Positions 10,507 to 20,400 of a DNA stretch of 64,000 nt are shown here, in pieces. Origin of the DNA: an uncultured Bacteroides sp. (lineage in GTDB: Bacteria; Bacteroidota; Bacteroidia; Bacteroidales; UBA11471); contig OZ007034.1 of assembly GCA_963931635.1 (NCBI GenBank), positions 201,883 to 265,882 of the forward strand, given 5' to 3'. Both the position numbers and the translations under genes were made by a program. Each line of letters begins with the position of its first letter. Within the stretch, counting starts at the first letter, position 1. Below the pieces are notes generated by a model. The model was not told the DNA's origin, did no database searches, and saw only the letters and a program-made list of their open reading frames with translations.

Positions 10507-11252
10507 CAGTTTTTCTCTTTTGTATATTCCATAATCGACCAGTTTCCGTCGAAGTCTTCGACCAATGCGGTCATCGACTCCACCCAGTCGCCCGAGTTGA
10601 GATAATGCACATCGCCAATCATACGGTCGTCGGCCTGATGAATATGGCCACAGATAACTCCGGTACAGTTTTTCCGCCGGGCTATGCTGCACAGTGAATC
10701 TTCAAAATCACTGATGTACGAGACCGATGCCTTGACCGACTGCTTGACCTTCTGCGATATCGACTTGTAGGGCAAGCCCTTCTTACGGCGCCGACGATTG
10801 TAAATGCGGTTTATGCCCATCAACATGCTATACCCGACATCGCCCACCTTGGCCAGCCAGCTGAACCGGGAGGTTATCGTGTCGAACACATCGCCGTGCA
10901 ATACATAGTAACGGCGTTCGCCACTCTGGTAGACATAGTCGCGACAAAGGGTGAAATTGGGAATTTCGAGAGGAAGAATGCGATCGAGAAAATCGTCGTG
11001 GTTACCCCGCAGATAGATGATATGCGTATGAGGCAATATCGAGAGTAACCGCTTGATAAAGTGGGTATGGCGTTTTTTCCACTTGGGCTTCTTGCCCCGA
11101 AGTATTTCCCATCCGTCGATAATGTCGCCACACAGAATAAGCGTCTCGCAGGTGTGGGCTTTCAAAAAAAGATTGGCCTCTTTGGCCTTTGACCATTTTG
11201 AGCCGAGGTGTATGTCGGACATGACAATGGTCTTGAACTCCTTGTTTTTCAT
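10506..11252 (-). CDS. lpxH: LpxH-family metallophosphoesterase (UDP-2,3-diacylglucosamine diphosphatase-like)
   Basis: Calcineurin-like motifs are present: SDIHLG, CGDIIDGW, GNHDDF, HGD and GHIH. Confidence 0.7.
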   Translation of the reverse strand: MKNKEFKTIVMSDIHLGSKWSKAKEANLFLKAHTCETLILCGDIIDGWEILRGKKPKWKKRHTHFIKRLLSILPHTHIIYLRGNHDDFLDRILPLEIPNFTLCRDYVYQSGERRYYVLHGDVFDTITSRFSWLAKVGDVGYSMLMGINRIYNRRRRKKGLPYKSISQKVKQSVKASVSYISDFEDSLCSIARRKNCTGVICGHIHQADDRMIGDVHYLNSGDWVESMTALVEDFDGNWSIMEYTKEKN

Positions 11253-11398
11253 TCTCTCTGTTTTGCTCTACAAAAGAACGATATGTATATTTCTAAGGAG
11301 ATACAATCGTGTGACAATTTTATAACAACTTCACCGCTGTTGATGTTTGACCGATTATCCCATCGAGCCCATCGACAAAAAAAATAAGGAATCATGAA

Positions 11399-11437
11399 AC
11401 AGGGAGGGTTGCCCCCTCTATTGAGCACCCTCCCTGT
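11399..11437 (-). terminator. GC-rich hairpin downstream of the giant ORF
   Basis: An 11-bp stem ACAGGGAGGGT / ACCCTCCCTGT starts about 20 nt after the stop at 11457. On the minus strand a T8 run follows about 15 nt later. Confidence 0.45.
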
Positions 11438-11456
11438 AAAAAACTTTAATCTTTAT

Positions 11457-14400
11457 TTATAGCGACACCACCTTGCATGAACGACGAGAGGTCGGCGATA
11501 CCACATCGACGATATATACGCCACTGCTCCCGACTGTCGTCGTGTATTGCGAGCCTTGGCTTTGGGCATCGAGCAGGCAATGACCCGATGTGTCGTAGAG
11601 GTAAATGCGTTCGCCACCTTGAAGTCCCTTGACATAGAGTGTGCGTTCATGGAGATACACCTGCAAAGCGATTTCAGCACTTTCCTTTCGGCGGAAAGAG
11701 AGCGAGAAACGACGGTCGGCATCTTCGGCACCTTCGGCAAAGAAAGTATAAGACGACTCTTTGAGATCGGTCGTCTGGCCTGTATGCACATCGGTCAAGA
11801 GTACTACATCATAATTATCAATCATCGTCTCACGGGGCAAATCTATGGTATAGAAGCCACTATCGGCCACATATACTCCTATGGGAGTCGAAGATGTCTC
11901 GTCTACGGCCGCAGCAAGAGAGAAGCGCGTGCCGGTCGAGGGATTGGTTACATATATCTGCGGCACACTCCTATTCATGCTCATAAACTTAACACCATCA
12001 CGACCCAACTCGTAACTCAGCGCATCGTGGGGAGAATCGGACGTACGGAGACGGGCTTCATCGGAGCCTCCATTTCCGGTAATACGCAAGAAGAGATCCA
12101 TACCCGTGTTTGTTGCCGACATCAGACTCGTCGACTGAGGTTGCGGGAAGAGCAGTTCTTCTTTCTCTCCATCTCCAATAACAGCCGTCTGGGTGAAGTA
12201 TCCACCACCCAACTGAGCTGTACCGCCCTGCCACGACTCGGTAGTCGTATAGGTAAGACCGTCGTAACCATAGAGCAGATGGGGAAGATCCATGTCGACC
12301 AAGTCGTAGGCAGCCACCAAATAAGGTAGACCGAAGAGATTCCAGCCCATATTTTCCTTATGGGTAAAACGGGGTGTTCCGTCACTTTCCACCTCGGTGA
12401 GATTGTACTGCACGAGCGAGACGGTCTTGTCGGTATTGTTCTCGACATACAAAGATTCATTGCCCGTGGCCCGTCCGGTAAAACGATAGGTACCGGCCTG
12501 TGCCAGACAAAGGCCAAATCCTTCGTTGGCCGCCAATACGCTCTTCTCTTCCCAATAAGGCGAGTTTGCCTCATGGTAACGAGACAGAGACTCGGCACGT
12601 GCCCGCCCGTTGTATGTTGCTACCGTGTCGCCTGTTGCTGCCTCTATGGGACTGGGCAGATAGGTTGTTCCGTCGTAATGCACCCGACTGATACTGTCGC
12701 GCTGCAAGGCATAGGGGAATGCGGCCAACTGCCACCCTGCAGCAAAGGTTCGCTCTACGGCCACATAGTTGAGACTCACGGTATTTCCATTACCGTAAAG
12801 CGAGGTTCCTTCTTTGAGCAGGAGATAACCGGGAGCAAATGTAGTAGGCAGATTTTCGAGCAGGAGATTCCCGTCGTGCAGATAGACTACCGAACCACCG
12901 GCCGGAGCTTGTGTTGCCTTGTAACCCTCGGTGATGTTCCAAGTCTCAAAACAGCCGTAGTCGACAGCTCCGGCAAAGGTGCGTGCGTTACCCATTATGT
13001 CGCGGTCGGTTGCCAAGTTGACATAAGGAGCAAAAACTGCCGGTATGGCCGGAGTGGCGCTGGCACGGTCGATGGCCATACTCAACTCTTTGAGCTGGTA
13101 AGACAGTTCATCGGATAAATAGGTATTGTAGGGATTACCGTCGAGGGGAAGGTCATCGCCGGTATAGAGTGAAGCTTCGAATACACGACCCTGCGTAGCC
13201 ACGGTATTGAACATCTGTCCTGAACCTGAATGTACAACCGAAGAGCTGCCAACCGGCGCATCTATGGTAAGATTGACCAGCGTACCGCCCTCATTGGCTA
13301 CTACCGGAGCCCCTTGTGCCGGCCGGTTGTCGGCCACAAGCATATTATAAAGCAGTCCGCCATGATTAGCAATGACAGGAGCGTTACTTCCGGTAACTGT
13401 TGCACCATGTACATAATTGTTACGCAGCACCATTTGTGAAGAAAGCGATACTACCGCGGCAGGCGATTCAGCGGCGGGTTCTACCTCAAAACCATCAAGC
13501 ACGACAATACCCCCAAACGCATCACTGCTACTGTAAGAAACACCTTCGATGCGTGTACGGGTGGTTGTCGAGGCCAAAAGGCCCGGACGGTCGGCAATAA
13601 CCTTTTCGACCGTAACGGCAGGGTTCACGCCATCGGCCGTAACCGTATCGGTGTAACTGGCTGCCACACTTCCGTAGACCGAAACACCGTTGCGTAGAAT
13701 CAGCGACTCACCGGTGTGACCGCTCTTGACAAAAACGACAGCATTTTCACCGACATTGGCCCGGGTTGCTGCATAGACGGCACATAAATCGATGGCTTCT
13801 TGCAAGCGACCTTGTCCAAAGGCATTCTCCCAAGTAGTACCGTCTCCTTCAAGAGTCTTGCCGGGTTGGACATAAAGAATCGGATACAACAATTGGTTAT
13901 TCTCATACGCCCCACGATCTATATTATCGTCATACACACGGGCACTATTTAATGATATGTCGTAGCCCGAAGATTGGTCGGAAGCCAGATTCAGGGCCGA
14001 ACGATAACTGATGGAATCGCCCTTGTTGAGAAGATTTGCCGAAGCTCCAATGTCGAAATCGCGAGATGCCAACACTCCATCATAGGGATTGAAGAAATTA
14101 GGACCGTTGATGACATCATCGTTTTGTGCCGACAAATTATCGTTATGATATTGAGCATCATCGAGAGCCAACGTGGTGGCAGAAAGATTCTGTACGGCAT
14201 TGTAACGGATATTATCGACTTGAATAATCTGATTTCCTGCCGATGGTGAAGAGGATAGCTGTGGCATAACGATGCCTGCCGAGGCAGACTGGTCGATGCC
14301 TTTTCCACCATTACGCCATAATACCGAATTATACAGTTTGGAAGGATAACGAGGTTGCACCTCTCCGCCATATATACTGTCGGAGAGTACCGGCACACCG

Positions 14401-17400
14401 GTATTCAGAGCTATTGTCGCATTGAAAATTTCCGTATCGACTGCATCGATGGGTACCCCTCGATTGGAATGGAACAGGGTATTGTAAATGAGCGTGCGTC
14501 CCCCGCGACCGGCTATCTTCACCACCGGCAAGCCAACCGACTCTCCATCGCTACCCCTGAACTCACAACCACTCAACACCAGTTTCACCGTATTGTCATC
14601 ATCGACTCCGCTACTTGTTTCATACCGGAATGCGGCTCCGTAGGGATTTTCAAAGGTAAGGTTTTCAATCGTCATGGGGATAACCGTCCGATTCGATACA
14701 GCGTCCTGCTCATTGCCTTCCCGATTGGCAATGTCTTCGATGTTGAAAAGCGACTTCACCCCAGAATTGATGGTTGTAATGACGGTCTTGTAATTTTCCC
14801 CTCGATAAATAGGGCTCTCAACAGGTATTGGTTGCAACTGGTTATCATCGTTGTACCCACCAGATATACGTAGTGAACCGACATTTTTTGTTTCTCCGGC
14901 TACCGTCTCACCTTGCGACCCATAACGGGTATTAACAACAAAGCCGCCATTCTTATTGATCGTATAAATAGGAGCGAACTCTCCTTCGGTCATGTAAATG
15001 ATTTTGTCTTTTCCATTGCGATTGAGCAAAAGCCGTTCTATGGCTCGTTGCAGGTTACTCGTTGCCGTAGACCAAGACGAACCGTCGTTAACATTTCCTG
15101 GAATCTCTTCGGCACACACATAGAGTGTATCAGCATCGGTATTTAGGAGCGAATGCTGATATTCATAGACACCTATATCGATATAGGTATTCTGGCCCGA
15201 CTCTTCAATCGTGCGGTTGGGATCGAGACAGACACGACTGATGTTACGGCCATCACCTGATCTCATATACAAATCGTCCAAGCCCGGGAACAATGGTTCA
15301 TAAATCGTAATATTTCCAAGCTCCACATAATGAGGAATTTCAAAATAAAGGCCTCCTGTCTGCTCGGGAACCGTCCACAACCAAGAATCGGTGGCATCAT
15401 TGTACTCCTGAGCGCCCCAACCCCATCCGGCATCTACCAGTGGATTGATGCGACTGAGCGACCAGTCGGCAGTCTGCTGATATCCGGACACGCCTGCCAG
15501 CGTCGACGGGTTGGCAAAGTTTGGCCCATACAGCGACCTGTTTTCGGCGGTAAGCTGCACGTTGTTATTCTTGAAATTTTCAATATTTCCGACAGCTTCT
15601 TCGTCTCTGTCGTTCTCTCCTATTTCAGGAGTCTTGTCCCACCCCTCTTCATAGGCACAGAAGTGAAGAATGTCGGGAGCGTCGGCAACGGAAGGGTCGG
15701 TAAACAATGTACCGTCGGTCCGCCACTTGTTGATTGTATAACGGGCTGCATCGGACTCATTACCCCAAAAGGCCGTATTGAAAACCAAGTTGGCCGAGAG
15801 ATTGAGACTTTCAGTTCCTATGGACGACTTGTTCAACGAATAGATACAAGGATACTCGGCAGCCTTGTTCCGTACCAAATTGCAGTTTACCACCCAAATA
15901 CGAGAGAGGCTTTCATTGAAAATTGCACCTCCTTTATTGGCGGCCTCGTTGTTGGCATACAATGAATTTATCGAATAGACTGCTCCATCGACATAAATAG
16001 CCCCACCCGAACCGGCATACTCACCACCTACTCCGGCAGTTGAAGCAACCGCCTCATTGGCAGATATCTGCGAATTGAATATCGAACATATACCCGTATT
16101 GTATATGGCACCTCCCAATATACCGCTGTTTCCGTAGATGAGACTGCGACGAATGGTGAGCGGTATGTAACGTCTTTGTTCCGATATGCCGCCGTTATCA
16201 GTACCGTCGACGCATACAGCACCGCCCTTATAATAATTGTCAAGATAAGCTTCGTCGCCGGAGACCAAATTTGCAGCATAACCACCCGTTATGGTCACGC
16301 CATCGATAATAATAGGCAACCCCGAAGCGACCTGAGAGTTGGGGGAATAAACTAAATCGGGAAGTGTACCCACCTTATCAGGATCGGCACAAGCATAAAT
16401 GACATGATAAACGCCATGCACACTTATTTCGCTATTTGTCTTTCCTGAAAAATATGTTTGGTAAACATACTCCCATGGTTCTATAATGGAATTACCGTTT
16501 ATATCCATACGTTCACGGGCATTAAGGTAATCGGTACCACTACCACCTTCAAAATTGATACCAGCAACCGAATGTGTTACCTGATCTATCTCTTGACAAT
16601 AGAGTTCATCACCAGAGAATCCGCCGAAAATAGACACACCTTCGGGTACGGTAAATGTCGACGTACGGGCATTCTCGACAGTCGTGCCGTCGCTGGCTTC
16701 ACGCGGCGTATAGGTACCCCCTGCAAGGTATATCTCAAAGCGCAAATTTCTATTCTCCTGCCCGTCTATCAACGGTTCCTGCTTGTTGCGAATATGCTTG
16801 ATATATCGCAATGCATCGTGCAATTCATACATGGGATAGACAAACGATGCTCCACGTACCTGATACAGGGTATCACTACCCGACAATTGTGCCGAAAGTA
16901 ATTGTCTGAGATCTTTATGCAGCACGGTACCATCGGTAACAAAGATACGTTGAAGAAGAACATTGTCAGAAGGCGTTACTGAATAGCCTAATGCACGGGC
17001 TCCAATATCTATGTTTTCATCGGGCATACGCACTTCGTGAGAAAAATCATGAGTCGATGCCTGCACTCCCGATATCCATGTCATATACTCTGTTGCCGGC
17101 ATTCCGGTACCTACCAGAATAGACGTTTCCTCAATCATATAAAGAGAATCGTTCTCGACAAAACGCACACCACTGGCATTATCGGCCGAGACCGAACGGT
17201 TGTTCAATCCGGGTATCAACAAATTCTCCACAGCGACATAAGTGAAGGGATAGGTATCGTTTTCATCGCCATTGTAATTGCCATATACATCTTTGGCATA
17301 ATTGGCCGTATTGCCCCAGAATACCGAAGAATTGACATTCAAGCTACGGTCGGTAAAATAGATTCCGCCACCTTCGCCCGAGGCTTTGTTCTGCACAACG

Positions 17401-20400
17401 GTCGAGGTGATGATGTAGGTCGAGTCGCTTTCACTTTCACTGTCGACATATAAGCCAGCACCAGTATCGGCACTATTGTCGCAGATAAGTGATCCCGAGA
17501 CGATGGCACCAGGTTTCAAATACACTCCACCACCCTCTTGTGATGCAGAATTTCCTCGTACAATGCAATTGCGTATATGGGCATACGACTCGGCCAAGAC
17601 ACCTCCCCCGCGGCTATCGTCTTCGCGCAGTGAACCATCGGCATTACCACCAGTAATGAACAGCCCGTCAAGCACTGCATATCCTGCTTCGGCAGGAATC
17701 CGCTGGTAGGCATCATTACTGTCGCGCATGAGATTACCGTCGGCATCGTAGAGCAGGTCGGTAAAGACAACCGCGTGGTATGTGTTAATAAGCGACGTAT
17801 CGGCAGCAGAAACATACTCGGCTTTGAATGTTGTCCGATGGCCAGGGATATCGCGCGTGGCTTCGGCAAAGGTTTCGTCGTAACCGCCCCAAACTTCTAC
17901 TCCACGCGGTACGATAAGGGCGTAACTGCGCACATCTTCATCTTCTTCGACCATCTGATTCTCGGTGGGAACAACCGTCGTACGCCGTGGCGCATAAGGA
18001 GTCGAGCTACCGGCAACCTTTACGACACAAGGTACGGTGGGATTCTGGGCTTTCTGGCGTCCGGCTGCATCGAGTACCTGCTGCAACTTCATCCAACAAG
18101 CCGCATTATCGGGACTCGATGCCGAAGCATTACCTTCTTCGGCTCCGCTGTACGATACGTAGTAGACATACACTTTTTCATACGTCGTACCACCTATCAC
18201 CAGCTCTATCTCATCTGGGATTATACCGTAAGCACCGTTATACTCGTAGGCACCGATGTCAATAGTACAGTCTTGTATACGGTCGGCAAAATCGACATCG
18301 GTAAGCGGGAGAGTAATGCGCTTGGAAGCGTCGTTGGGGTCTGTCGGCTCATTAAGGCCGGCATTGATGCAGAGTGAAGAGCCGGAGAGCCGGAAATTAT
18401 TATTTGCTTTGGCATCGGGATCGGAAAAAGGATTGGCCAAAGCCGTACCTTGCATATTCCCATCGGCTTCGCTAAGTTTACTTACAATAGCCCTATCATT
18501 ATCATCATTTTGATTGTAAGCTGTTTGAGTATGGACATAACAATTTCTGAAACGTTCAAGTTTTGAAGGTGTAACAGCACCAATTACTTTATTGGAATTT
18601 CCATAAAACAGTGTATTAAATACATTCAAAGAGATATTTTCATTATAGTCTCCTTGATATTGATACATGCCACCGACTCCTTTGGAGCCATTATAAGCGA
18701 CGGTATTGTTAAAGAATGTCGCAGTCTCAATAAATATTCCGCCGCCATTATCCGATGCATAATTATTTGTAACCAGGAGGTTATATCCTGTACCTAGAAT
18801 CATGTACATACCACCTCCATACCCGTCAGGATTACTGTTTTTTGTCGATATTACGACATTATCATAAATAAAACAGTTTTCGACAGTTCCGTCATTACTG
18901 TCTACATAGACCCCTCCCCCTCGAGTCCGCTCTCCGATATTATAGTTGTTACGTATGACACAATTTCGCACCGTCACCCCTTGGAAAAGGCGTACACCAG
19001 CACCACCATCGCGATTGGCCGATATACCATTGATAAACCCGTTTCGAATGGTAAAACCGTCCCACGCAGGATTTCCGGTATAATGAAGATAGTCATTGCG
19101 ATAACTATTGGAATAGGTATTTTCATCATTTGTGGAGGCTGACGAACCATGTGCATAGGTTCCTCCTAATGGAGCATAAGTGGGTAGACATACATCGGGC
19201 TGATAGAGAACAGGTTTCCGGATAGATGTGGGCAAGTCCGATGCCACCCCATATTGCCCAGCAACGGCATTTGTAACCGTAACTGGTGGCGTGCTGCTTA
19301 TCTGCAAAATAGTCTCATAGAGAGGTATGTCGCTCTCGGTTGTCTGCTTCTCGTTGCCAATCGGTACACCCTTCGCCATGAGCGGGTGACGCTCACTCTC
19401 GCCGGGTGAACCTATTTCGACATTGGGGAAGCCCCCTTTGACCGAAACCGAGTCACGTATGACAAAGCCTTTATAGTCGGTATAGGTACCGCCGGCCACC
19501 CACACTTCGAGGCATTTGTTTGCAGCACGAGCTGCTTGAACTGTCTTTTCCACAGCGTATTGTAAACCGCCGACATAACGTTCTTCTCGGGTATTTGTGA
19601 TTCTATAAAGATGAGAGGTGCTATTTACCTGATTTTTTATTGCATTCCTTATCGTACTGGACGAAGGGGAACCCCACGAATATACAGAAACTTCACCTGA
19701 AACTTGATAAGAATTACTGCCATTATTATTGGTATATCCATTTGCTCCATTATTCCATCGGCACACACAGGTATAACTATAATAATACATACCCCATGAA
19801 TCTCTGATATATGTATATTGTATATCGTTATCGCTTATCTCTATATCGCCCCAAAATTTCTTACTGGCATTGGAGGTTTCGCCATAAGGACATGTTGCGG
19901 CATCGTAGTATCCCACATAGCGGCTGCTTGCCGTCGAATCGGCTATCATGGTCGAGGTGGTAAGGTCATATATGGCATTGCCATTGATGGCTGTCGCCCA
20001 TGACGAACCGTCGCCGCCACGGGTAAGATCGACACGACCATCGGCCGTGCGATAATCGCGTACATAAAATACCGTACCTTTAAGCGGAAGTTTATCATTT
20101 TGATAGGCTCCGATATCGGGACCTCCGCCGGTCAGGCGAGATGTAACGGTCGTAATATCGGTTGCCGAATAGGTGCTGCCCGCAGATGCTTTATTGATAA
20201 TAGGGTTCATGTTCGATGGCATATAGTTTGTATACCCTCCGTTGTAGGTATTATATGCATCGACCGTGTGGCCTATGTTACGCGTGGGATTTTCGCACAT
20301 CGGATAGGTAGCATCGTTTCTGTTGTAAGTAAGTGTCGAGAAATTTCCATTGTCGTTGTACCCTGCCCCGGCATCAAAAGCACTGTAAGTTGCCGTTACG